DNA of 36,856 nt from Candidatus Aerophobota bacterium (lineage in GTDB: Bacteria > Aerophobota > Aerophobia > Aerophobales > AE-B3A), in assembly GCA_030616535.1 (NCBI GenBank), contig JAUWXE010000003.1, positions 1 through 36,856 on the forward strand, in the 5' to 3' direction. Within the stretch, counting starts at the first letter, position 1. Each line of letters starts with the position of its first letter. Shown piece by piece: positions 1 through 8,242 of this stretch. The translations under genes and the position numbers were made by a program. The notes beneath the pieces were generated by a model. That model ran no database searches. It had not been told where the DNA came from and was given only the letters and a program-made list of their open reading frames with translations.

Positions 1-399
1 CTGACAAAGAACTTACCCTGATGAATTCTCTTTATGAGAATGAACTCAGGCTCTATAAAAACTTCTTTTCTCCGGTAATGAAACTCATCAAGAAAGAAAG
101 AGTTGGAAGCAAGGTCAAAAGAAAGTACGATATTCCCAAAACTCCTTATCAAAGACTCATTGAGTCAGGACAAATCTCCGAAGAGGCAAAGAGAAAATTA
201 CAAATCCTTTACCAGAGTCTTAATCCCGCAGAGTTAAAGAGAAAGATCGAGGAGAAAACACATAAACTCTACCAAGCTTATGAAGAGAAAAGGAGAGGAC
301 AAGAAGCCATTCCCTTCAAAAGACAATTACCTCGTACGGTTAGAAATTATATGATTCAACAACCTCCAATTGGGTTAGGGGGTTAAATGATTTGACACG
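1..399 (+). mobile_element. Right end of a partial IS element
   Basis: The transposase 3' end overlaps two imperfect tandem motifs, GGTTAG-n7-ATGATTcaAC and GGTTAG-n8-ATGATTtgAC (~338-397), which resemble subterminal transposase-binding repeats. The exact end is uncertain. Confidence 0.55.
3..386 (+). CDS. C-terminal part of a DDE integrase-type IS transposase (IS481/ISNCY-like), truncated by the window edge
   Basis: The frame is open from base 3 (DKELTLMN...). The segment NFFSPVMKL..K.R.GSKVKRKYD.PKTPYQRL is typical of this transposase family's C-terminus. Confidence 0.75.
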   Translation, partial: DKELTLMNSLYENELRLYKNFFSPVMKLIKKERVGSKVKRKYDIPKTPYQRLIESGQISEEAKRKLQILYQSLNPAELKRKIEEKTHKLYQAYEEKRRGQEAIPFKRQLPRTVRNYMIQQPPIGLGG

Positions 400-854
400 T
401 TCCCCTTTTTTTTCTGATATGTAACCTTCAAAGTTAGACTCGGGAACATTAAAATAAGACTCTTTCTGGAGGGAATAAAAGGGAGTTTCTGGAGAAAAAA
501 TCTTAAGGATTTGGAGAAAGATATTTTTCCAAGTTGAGTCCAGAATTTTTTGTGAACCCCGTGCAAGAGTAGGAAGTTATTCCTAAGAGTGGCTTTCAAG
601 AATCATGAAGGCAAAGATAAGAATTCTCTTTTTGAGGCCTCAATGATTTCCCTCGAGGGAGTCAAAATCCTGAGATGCCTTATCATTCTACATTATAAGA
701 AACTCATAGAGGCTCATTTTAGCCCTTAAAAATTTTTAGATGGGGAAAACATCATCTAGAGAAAGAAATTAGCCTCCCTGAGTCTCTAGGTGAGCCCCTT
801 TTTACTTGGAAAGTTAGGTAAATCCAGGAGAGAAAGTGCTCTTTGAAATTAAAA

Positions 855-890
855 TGGTAAACTTCCCTATAAAATAGGGAGGCTTACCCA
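855..890 (+). promoter_or_regulatory. Hairpin sequestering the transposase RBS
   Basis: TGGTAAACTTCCCTAT-aaa-ATAGGGAGGCTTACCCA. The 3' arm contains GGAGG and reaches the ATG at 890. Confidence 0.6.
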
Positions 891-2095
891 TGGGAAAACA
901 GATTCACAAAAGGCTGCCCAAAGATTTTGTAAAGGATCTCATCGAGACATTTTATGCCGAGGAAATTGGCAGGGAAAAAGCTTGTGAGCTTCTGGGACTA
1001 TCCAAGAGTGGACTTTATTGGTGGAGAGAAAAATCCCTTGCCTCGAGAAATAAAGGAGAAGAATTCAAACTCTACAGTAAAGATGCTAAGCCTACTCGAT
1101 CCTTTCCTCCAGAAGTAGAAAAGTTCCTTCACGAGGAGCTTTACTACATAACCCGCTGTGAGGGTAGATTTAAGAATAAGTTTAACTTCTCCTTTTTAGC
1201 CGAAGAAGCTAAAGAAAAAGTTTGGCAGGCCCTTCAATAGAAACAGTATTCGACGATTTGCCCTCAGACATAAGTATTATGAGGCAAAACCTGATGAAAA
1301 GAAAAAGGTTTACATTCGGTTTGAAACCCCAGGGCCAGGATTCTTGTTTCAACACGATACTTCTCACCATATGTGGCTACCTCTAACCAACTCTTTTAGT
1401 GATCTAATCTTAACCAAGGATGATTATAGCCGAAAGGTTGTGGGAAGAAAGCTAGTGGAAAAAAGATTTGCTTTGATCATCTCTCAGTTGCCAGGAAAAC
1501 AATCGAGGATTATGGCCTACCCTTAGCCTATTATGTAGATCAACATAGCATCTTCCGCTTTGTTAAGCACCGGGGAATCCATGTTAGCTATACGGTGGGT
1601 GAGGATGAGGGAAAGATTCAGTTCAAAAGAGCTTTGGAGAGCTTAGGGACAGGGGTAATCTATGCTCACTCACCAGAAGCCAAGGGAAAGATAGAAAAGA
1701 GGTTCGATTATTTTCAAAGAAGACTTCCCTTCCTTTGCGAAAGATACAAGGTGGTAAAGATAGCTGAGGCAGAAAAGGTCCTTGATGAGCTAATCGAGTT
1801 CTACAATGAAAAGCGAGTTCATCAGGAGACTGGCCAGACCCCTAATGATCGCTGGGAAAAGGGAGAAAGAGAAGGGAAAACTAGAATAAGAGCTTTACCG
1901 GAAGACATTGATCTAGACTATGTCTTTTCCCTTCATTATGAAAGAAAGGTAAAAACAGACGGAACTATAAGTTTTAACGCCAGAAGATGGAAGGTAGGCA
2001 AATTCCCCAAAGATAAAGTCACTGTTTGCTTTATTCCAGAAAAGAAGATTATGATCTTTAAGGATAAACAAAAGCTGTGGGAATACCATCTATAG
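890..2095 (+). pseudogene. ISNCY/IS1202-type transposase with two compensating frameshifts
   Basis: ORFs 890-1240, 1344-1526 and 1595-2095 join into ~401 aa if frameshifts in A-runs at ~1215-1220 and ~1459-1465 are corrected. Motifs: N-terminal HTH (ACELLGLSKSGLY), QHDTSHH.W, YGLPLAYYVDQHSIF, AHSPEAKGKIEK. Confidence 0.8.
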
Positions 2096-2161
2096 ATTCC
2101 AACTTTAGGGTTACAAAATTCCGACTTTGAGTGTTACAGGATTCCAACTTTGGTGGTTACG
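2095..2161. repeat. Three tandem imperfect ~22-bp subterminal IS repeats (ATTCCAACTTT..GTTACA)
   Basis: gattccaactttagggttaca / aaattccgactttgagtgttaca / ggattccaactttggtggttacg. The last copy forms part of the right terminal inverted repeat. Confidence 0.85.
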
Positions 2162-2181
2162 TATCAACCAGTTAACCGTCC

Positions 2182-2211
2182 TCGACAAAAAATAAAAATA
2201 TGTTAACATAT
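2182..2211 (+). promoter_or_regulatory. Putative gntR promoter overlapped by a 14-bp palindromic operator
   Basis: TCGACA (2182-2187), 16-bp spacer, TAACAT (2204-2209) with an extended -10 TG. Perfect palindrome ATATGTTAACATAT (2198-2211) with a GT-TA-AC core like HutC-subfamily operators. Confidence 0.55.
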
Positions 2212-2274
2212 AAAATAGATTATGATATTATTCTTTCGTGGCGCAAGGATGTATATGAGAAAAAGGAGAGATCG

Positions 2275-3006
2275 GTGCCAAGGAAAGTCCTTAAAGACTC
2301 CAAGATTCCTTTATATCATCAGATAAGGGAGGATTTACGAGCCCGCATAGAGGAAGGAGAATGGCTTTCAGGGGAGCTTATTCCTGCAGAAAAGGAACTA
2401 TGTGCCGAATATAAGGTGAGCAAAATAACGGTCTTAGAGGCAATAAAGGGCCTTGTAAGAGAGGGACTGCTTTACCGAAAACAGGGCAAAGGAACATTTA
2501 TGGCTAAACCTAAGCTAGAGCAAAGTCTTAATAGGTTTTATAGTTTCACTGAAAGTATGCGGCAAAAAGGACTCGAACCAGAACAGAGGATATTAAAAGT
2601 AAAGTTTACTGAGGCTGACAAGCATTCTGCAAAACATCTTAGGATTAGAAAGGGAGAGAAGATCACTGAAATAGAAAGATTAAGATTAGTGAATGGCGAA
2701 CCCTTCTACCTAGAAACAATTATGATTCCAGTTAAGTTATGCCCTAATTTACACCTAAAAGACATTAGCTCCAAACCCCTGAATGATATATTAAGGAATG
2801 AATATAAGATACCTTTAATTAGAGCAAAAGAGTGCTTCGAGCCAATTATTGTCGACAGTTACGAAGCTCAAATGCTCGGCGTAAAGGATGGCGCACCTGC
2901 CCTGCTGCTAGAACACACTACTTATACCACGAAAAACCAGACAGTACTTTTCAGCAAGGGAATAATTAGAGGAGATCGGTGTAGGTATTATACCGAGCTT
3001 GAATAA
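2275..3006 (+). CDS. GntR-family transcriptional regulator, HutC subfamily (wHTH + UTRA)
   Basis: IPLYHQI...IPAEKEL...YKVSKITV..AI..LVREGLLYRKQGKGTF, then a UTRA domain ending RGDRCRY. Start moved to GTG 2275 after AGGAG (ORF track gives 2200). Confidence 0.93.
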   Translation: MPRKVLKDSKIPLYHQIREDLRARIEEGEWLSGELIPAEKELCAEYKVSKITVLEAIKGLVREGLLYRKQGKGTFMAKPKLEQSLNRFYSFTESMRQKGLEPEQRILKVKFTEADKHSAKHLRIRKGEKITEIERLRLVNGEPFYLETIMIPVKLCPNLHLKDISSKPLNDILRNEYKIPLIRAKECFEPIIVDSYEAQMLGVKDGAPALLLEHTTYTTKNQTVLFSKGIIRGDRCRYYTELE

Positions 3007-3277
3007 ATACAGATGTAAATACTAAGTAAACCCCGTTAGAATTCCACTAATGTGGAGAAAATACCTTGAAAATTGGGTATTATAAGAAGTGAGGTCCCTA
3101 TTTTATCCTTTATTTTTCCCGAGGTGGGGGGGATGTTGCCTTTGGGACGTGGTTCACTGAATATTTACATACAGATGTTCTCTCCAAGATCCTGATAATC
3201 TTCCGAGGAGGTAATATGTCTATTGGTCGACAACTCAGAGGGGAATTGGTCCCCCGGAGTATGTACAATCGGTTAAC

Positions 3278-3532
3278 ATGATGCATTTAGAGAGAAAAGA
3301 TAAGGTGGATATCTCTGACCAAATCGGAGCATGTACGGATTTTATGCCTAGGACCCGCAATGAAAGTATCTATGATGCTATTACCGCTGCGTATAGGGCA
3401 GAATTTGCAGGACTTGAGTTATTTCCTACAAAGGATCAGGCTGTCATGTTACATGAAAGTCTGTTGAGGAGATTAATTCTCCAAGCTAGGAGGTGCACAC
3501 AATGGGCTTCCAAATTCATGCAGGTGAGGTAA
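3278..3532 (+). pseudogene. Short ORF, possibly an N-terminal remnant of a xylose-isomerase-like TIM-barrel protein
   Basis: SIYDAITAAYRAEFAGLELFP resembles the 'EAI..A...GF.GVEL' start of AP-endonuclease-2-type barrels, but the ORF is only 84 aa. It is preceded by a 21-aa ORF (3216-3281) with a strong RBS and ATGA overlap. Confidence 0.3.
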
Positions 3533-5517
3533 GTATATTTTTCGATAGGCAGGCTAAGCCCGCTAAAATTAAGTTATTTGGTCAATCCTTTAATCAGCCA
3601 GCACATATAGTGTCCTATGGTCTATGGGGGAAAAAGGCCAAAGTAAGGAGAATTGCCTCAAAGAAAGAAGGAAAACTTACTGCTTATTTAGAAGTGGAAG
3701 AGAAAGAAGCTGTTTTTCGCGCAGAAACATCAAGGAATGGAATTAAATTAGCCCTTAGGAGCCTTACAGATGATAGAAGCTGTTATGCCCACCTCACTCT
3801 TTTCTTTCCAGAAGAATTAAAAATTTACTTTCCTGGGACTCCGGTGGGTTTCACCTCTGGAATGAGTGCTCGATTGTTTGATAGGAGAATGCCTGTTGGT
3901 TCTACCTTTGCAACTCCCGAAACCGAACATGGCTCTAAAGGGCTTTCCCATCAGTTAATTTTGGTAGAATCTGATCGAGGCTGTCTTTGTTTAACGAATC
4001 GATCTGATTTAAGGGAAGTCTTCTCCTTGGATGTGAGAGGTTTAGCTTATCCTAGGATTAAAATTAGCCGATCTGTAGAAGGTTTCTCTTTTACCTACTA
4101 TTGGCCGTCTGCGGTTCCTCTTTTCCTACGGTCTTTTCCCTCCTTACAAGAAGCTGTCAGGGACTACAAGCAGTGGATGGAAAATACGTTCAATCTCATT
4201 CCACTCGAGCAAAACTCTGGCCTGCCAGATTGGTTTTTCAACACCAAGCTGATTATAACCTTGGATATGTGGCGGTCAAATGGGCAAATAGCCCACAACT
4301 ATCAACATCTAATAGATCTTTGCAAGGACATGCGAAAAGCAAGGGCTCCTAAAGATACCTTATTCTACCTTCCTGGATGGAATTATAAGTACGATGCACA
4401 TTATCCAGAGTATTCCCCCACTCCAGAGCTTGGTGGTCCTAAAAAATTCAAGCAGATGGTGGATACGGCTCATGAGTGTGGATATCGAATTATGGTTCAT
4501 ACCATGCCATGTGGAGTGGATCCTTACCTACCTCAATTTGAAATTACGAAAAAGTGGGTTAAAAAAGGGCACATTTTTGCCAATTACGCTGGCTGGCCAG
4601 GAGGCTCTAAAGTCTTAAAATATGACTGGGAAGGTAAAAAAGAACAAATTTCCGGTACAATGGTCGATAATTCCATTCTTTTTCCGACGATTACTATCCC
4701 TGAAAAGTGTGAGGCTAAGTTGGTTATAGGGGGTTTAAGTGGTTTTGGAGGACAAATCAAGATTACAGTTGGTGAGCGAAGGCTAGAATCACCTCCTCAA
4801 TGGTTCATGAAAAATGACTCTTACACCTTTCCTTTTCCCTTCTTCTTCAAAGCCGGGACTAACCAAGTTCACCTGAAATTTACAGAAGCGGAGTTAACCA
4901 AAGATATGAATATCTGGTATCAGATTGTAGATTGTTTCCATTTTGCTCCTATCTGGACCTATCCCTTTGTAGGTACTGAGCTGAGTAACCCAGAATGGGC
5001 AAGTTACTTTACTGGAAGAGTATCTTCTTTGGTTCAGCAATTTGACATAGACGCCGTTCACCTTGATGCTCACATTTTAGGAGGAACCTCTTGGGAAGGA
5101 ACGGAACTTTTTAACCAGTTGCGGAAACAGATTCCAAAAACGGTATTTAGTTGCGAGGTCTTTGATGAGCCCGCTATGAGTTTTTTCTCTCTCATACAAA
5201 ATGGAGAAATTCTAACCAACAAAGAATTAAATGAATGGCGCAATCAATATACCCCTATTTTTTCCAACTTGATTTTAGACTATGTAAAGCTGTATCCGCA
5301 TTTATGTGTTCCGGAAGGATTAGTCCCAGTAGCAAAAGTATGCAATATAGAGAAGCCACCAACTGAGGTAAGTGAAGAACAACGAAAGCGAATCAGAGAA
5401 GTTGTAATGAATGCCGGAAAATACGGTGTTATCCCCAATCTAAGGTTGAATTACAAAGATTATGGTTTGGATCAGGAAACTAAACAAGTTATAGCGCAAT
5501 TGGTCGCCTCATTCTAA
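3502..5517 (+). CDS. Uncharacterised glycoside-hydrolase-like TIM-barrel protein (DUF6259/GH36-clan-like)
   Basis: N-terminal beta-rich region, then YLPGW...YD..YPEY.P..ELGG...FKQMVDTAHECGYRIMVH, NPEW, IDAVHLD and FSCE, the strand pattern of GH-type (beta/alpha)8 barrels. RBS AGGAGG precedes ATG 3502. Confidence 0.65.
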   Translation: MGFQIHAGEVSIFFDRQAKPAKIKLFGQSFNQPAHIVSYGLWGKKAKVRRIASKKEGKLTAYLEVEEKEAVFRAETSRNGIKLALRSLTDDRSCYAHLTLFFPEELKIYFPGTPVGFTSGMSARLFDRRMPVGSTFATPETEHGSKGLSHQLILVESDRGCLCLTNRSDLREVFSLDVRGLAYPRIKISRSVEGFSFTYYWPSAVPLFLRSFPSLQEAVRDYKQWMENTFNLIPLEQNSGLPDWFFNTKLIITLDMWRSNGQIAHNYQHLIDLCKDMRKARAPKDTLFYLPGWNYKYDAHYPEYSPTPELGGPKKFKQMVDTAHECGYRIMVHTMPCGVDPYLPQFEITKKWVKKGHIFANYAGWPGGSKVLKYDWEGKKEQISGTMVDNSILFPTITIPEKCEAKLVIGGLSGFGGQIKITVGERRLESPPQWFMKNDSYTFPFPFFFKAGTNQVHLKFTEAELTKDMNIWYQIVDCFHFAPIWTYPFVGTELSNPEWASYFTGRVSSLVQQFDIDAVHLDAHILGGTSWEGTELFNQLRKQIPKTVFSCEVFDEPAMSFFSLIQNGEILTNKELNEWRNQYTPIFSNLILDYVKLYPHLCVPEGLVPVAKVCNIEKPPTEVSEEQRKRIREVVMNAGKYGVIPNLRLNYKDYGLDQETKQVIAQLVASF

Positions 5518-5707
5518 GACACGTTCAGCTATAGCCAACGAGTTTCGTCTTTAGTTATGGCAGAGTTTTGCATTGTGTAACGTTAATGGCGTTTAGTTGA
5601 AATATAAGAAGGGACAAAAGGGGTCTTTGTCCTCTATTAATAATTTTTTATCCGAGGTGGTTCCCTTTTACTTTGTTACAGTGAGCCCTTTTGGGATTGA
5701 TATTCAC

Positions 5708-5838
5708 AGGCCGGAGGGAGGTGAGAGAGCAAATATGGCCATTAGCTGAGAAATAAAAGAAGGTTTTCCAAAAAGAGAAGTGTCGAAAAATTAATTTCTC
5801 TTTTTGGGAGCTTTCCACAAAAAATGAACGATGTCTGC
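5708..5838 (+). repeat. ~130-bp structured intergenic repeat, copy 1
   Basis: Direct repeat of 8092-8220. The core 5765-5806 matches 8147-8188 at 40/42. Internal inverted repeat CAAAAAGAGAA/TTCTCTTTTTG. Confidence 0.85.
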
Positions 5839-5897
5839 TGAACAGGGAGGAAAAAAGAATTTTCGAGTGAACTAATAATGTGACTGAGGAGGTGATG

Positions 5898-7931
5898 ATG
5901 GTTAACAATGTACTAACTAATAGGAATGCAGGAAAGAGGATAGGGGATTTTTTCCGAGAGATGAACGTCGATAACCCGTTTTGCGAAGGACTGGCTGAAA
6001 CATTCGGTTTCGGGTTGGGATACGACAGGGTTAAACACGAAGAATGTTTCCAGGATCTCAAACTTCATGCTGTTTCAAACCGGGGATCTAAGCAGATTAC
6101 AGAACAGGTTTGGAGAAATAGTACAGAATGTCTGGAAATCAGAGTTGAATACGAGCTCTTTCCAGAGCACAATGCGTTGAAATATCAGGGACGCATTCAC
6201 AATATCGGTGATAAACCCATACCACGAGTAAAAGATCTACACACGGTGCAATGGGGCTTTCCTGTTTCTACTATTGGACCACCCACAATCCACGGAGCGG
6301 GCGGAGGGATGAAGGATAACTTTTACCCACCCCCCTCATATCGTAGGTTTGATACCACCTTAGTTGAGTCGCGTTATGGTGATGGATTGATCGTTGGCTC
6401 AAGGTTGGGGCGATCCTCCAATGCATACCTTCCTTTCTTCGTTGTGAGCAATGGTGCTGATTCGCACGGGATCTTTTTTGCCCTTGGTTGGTCAGGAAAC
6501 TGGAAGGCAAAATTCCAATTGCATGAGACCAACCAGAACTCGCAACAGTTTCTTATTAAGGCATGGTTACCCGCGGTTGATCTGATGCTCATGTCTGGGG
6601 AGGAAATACCAATCCCGGAGGTTTTAATAGGCTTATATGATGGATCTGCTCTTAATGGAATGAATGCACTGCGTCGAACCATTTACGAGAGGTATGTTCC
6701 CTTACTGGCGGGCAAGAAAGTTGTTCCTTTAACTGGATTTGGTAGCTGGTTCGCTTACAATGGTATAGTTGGTGCTCCCAGAATTAATGAGCACAGCCTA
6801 AAAAAACAGGTAGATACGGCCGCAGAGATAGGCTGCGAGTACTTTGAGGTTGACGACGGTTGGGAGGTTGGCTGGCAGGAGGGTCTAGGATTCAATGAGC
6901 GAAGAATGGATTGGGTAGCCGATGAGGCGAAATTCCCTTTCGGTCTTGATAAATTTGCAAAGTATGTTGAAGACAAAGGGATGAAGTTTGGTCTCTGGCT
7001 TGATCTTGCTCGAACCACTCGACGATCCAATTTGCTCCAGGAACATCCTGAATGGGTGATCTGGTCAGAAAAGGATCCAGATAGAGGCCTTGTTAACTTC
7101 GGTCTGTCACAGGTTCGTGAGTGGGCAAAAGGTATTTTTAGTGAACTGGTTGAAAAGTACCATATGCAGTGGGTAAGAAACGATTACAACGTGGATCCCG
7201 AGTTCCAATGGACCAAATATGATCCTCCAGAGCGTAAGGGCATAACAGAGATCAGACACATAGAAGGTCTCTATGAGGTTATGGAGTGGGTTCTGAAGAA
7301 TTATCCCTCGTTGTGCGTTGAGCAGTGTGCAAGCGGAGGACGGATGATAGATTTGGGGACTCTCCGCCGAGCACATATGGTTTTTGTCAGTGATCACACA
7401 ATCAGCGCGGATATCTGTCGGTATCATCTCTCAGGGGCTAGCTGTTTCTTGCCATCCATACTGCTCCATACTGATCTTTCTCACCATACTGAGGCGTACC
7501 CCGATGTGTTCTACCTGAGCCGCTTCGGTGGTGCTTTAGGCATTGGTGATGACATTGCAAGATGGTCTCCGGTTTTGCAAGAGAAGGCTAAAAAGATGAT
7601 AGGTATATATAAATTGATCCGACATTTTCTTGCAGGTGATTTCTATCCGGTGTTCTCCCAACCTGTTTCGATAAGGGAATGGGATGGTTGGCAGTTCCAC
7701 GATCCCTCTTCTGATTCAGGCATAGTAGTAGTGTTTAGGGTGCAGAGCACACAGGCACAGAAACTGGTTAAGCTATCTGCACTCGATCGTCACAAGAGCT
7801 ATTCGTTGACTAACCTACTTATCAGTCAAGAAACGGTAGTTTCCGGCCAGACACTTCAGGACGAAGGTTTTGCAATTAGTCTTGAATGTGGTGAAGCGGA
7901 AATTTGGCGCTATCAGCCGTCCACGGGATGA
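5898..7931 (+). CDS. GH36 alpha-galactosidase-like glycoside hydrolase
   Basis: GRSS...LPFF, GWSGNW, EYFEVDDGW, KFPFGL, GMKFGLW, WVRNDYN (nucleophile Asp position), EQCASGG..IDLG, VSDHT (acid/base Asp position), GDFYP. RBS GAGGAGG precedes ATG 5895/5898 (ORF track gives 5880). Confidence 0.88.
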   Translation: MVNNVLTNRNAGKRIGDFFREMNVDNPFCEGLAETFGFGLGYDRVKHEECFQDLKLHAVSNRGSKQITEQVWRNSTECLEIRVEYELFPEHNALKYQGRIHNIGDKPIPRVKDLHTVQWGFPVSTIGPPTIHGAGGGMKDNFYPPPSYRRFDTTLVESRYGDGLIVGSRLGRSSNAYLPFFVVSNGADSHGIFFALGWSGNWKAKFQLHETNQNSQQFLIKAWLPAVDLMLMSGEEIPIPEVLIGLYDGSALNGMNALRRTIYERYVPLLAGKKVVPLTGFGSWFAYNGIVGAPRINEHSLKKQVDTAAEIGCEYFEVDDGWEVGWQEGLGFNERRMDWVADEAKFPFGLDKFAKYVEDKGMKFGLWLDLARTTRRSNLLQEHPEWVIWSEKDPDRGLVNFGLSQVREWAKGIFSELVEKYHMQWVRNDYNVDPEFQWTKYDPPERKGITEIRHIEGLYEVMEWVLKNYPSLCVEQCASGGRMIDLGTLRRAHMVFVSDHTISADICRYHLSGASCFLPSILLHTDLSHHTEAYPDVFYLSRFGGALGIGDDIARWSPVLQEKAKKMIGIYKLIRHFLAGDFYPVFSQPVSIREWDGWQFHDPSSDSGIVVVFRVQSTQAQKLVKLSALDRHKSYSLTNLLISQETVVSGQTLQDEGFAISLECGEAEIWRYQPSTG

Positions 7932-8091
7932 GTCATATCTATTAACGATCAGATTAGATGAACCTCAAGTGAATTGGTGTGAGGCTTTCGTGCATAATCT
8001 AGTGAAAGGCGATGAAGGTGAAACTAAATCCCAGAGAAAAAATAGGCAAAAATATTGCTTTCCCACTGTCTAGTTTGAAGGAATAAAAATA

Positions 8092-8220
8092 AGGCCGGGG
8101 AGGAGGTGTGAAGTGGGTTAGGCCTTTAGCTGAGGCAAAGAAAAGCTTTCCAAAAAGAGGAGTGTCGAAAGATTAATTTCTCTTTTTGAGGGCTTTCAGG
8201 GAAAAATGAACCAGGTCTGC
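8092..8220 (+). repeat. ~130-bp structured intergenic repeat, copy 2
   Basis: Shares AGGCCGG..GGAGGTG, TTAGCTGAG, the 42-bp hairpin core, GCTTTC, AAAAATGAAC and GTCTGC with copy 1. Confidence 0.85.
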
Positions 8221-8242
8221 AAAAAATAAAGGAGGTAACAAA

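Larger units (their letters stand above)
415..2166 (+). mobile_element. Complete ISNCY/IS1202-like insertion sequence (1752 bp)
   Basis: 27-bp terminal inverted repeats: TGATATGTAACCTTCAAAGTTAGACTC (415-441) and GATTCCAACTTTGGTGGTTACGTATCA (2140-2166), matching at 22/27, with TG...CA ends. They enclose a DDE transposase. No target-site duplication seen. Confidence 0.85.

Noticed and set aside
2095-2166. Tandem ~22-bp repeats as a mini CRISPR array
   Set aside because: There are no spacers and no cas genes, and the repeats are the inverse of the IS left end, so they are transposon end repeats.
3029-3055. Terminator after gntR (CCCCGTTAG...CTAATGTGG)
   Set aside because: The stem is imperfect and has no U-tract. 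It may be a degenerate REP-like palindrome but cannot be supported from one copy.
5648-6061. Minus-strand ORFs 5648-6061 and 8126-8344 sharing QKEKLIFRH.SFWK as paralogous small proteins
   Set aside because: The similarity is confined to the non-coding repeat, and both ORFs overlap real genes in antisense.
5518-8242. Integron cassette array (GTTAGGC near 8117)
   Set aside because: No matching RYYYAAC inverse core or attC-like fold was found, and there is no integron integrase.
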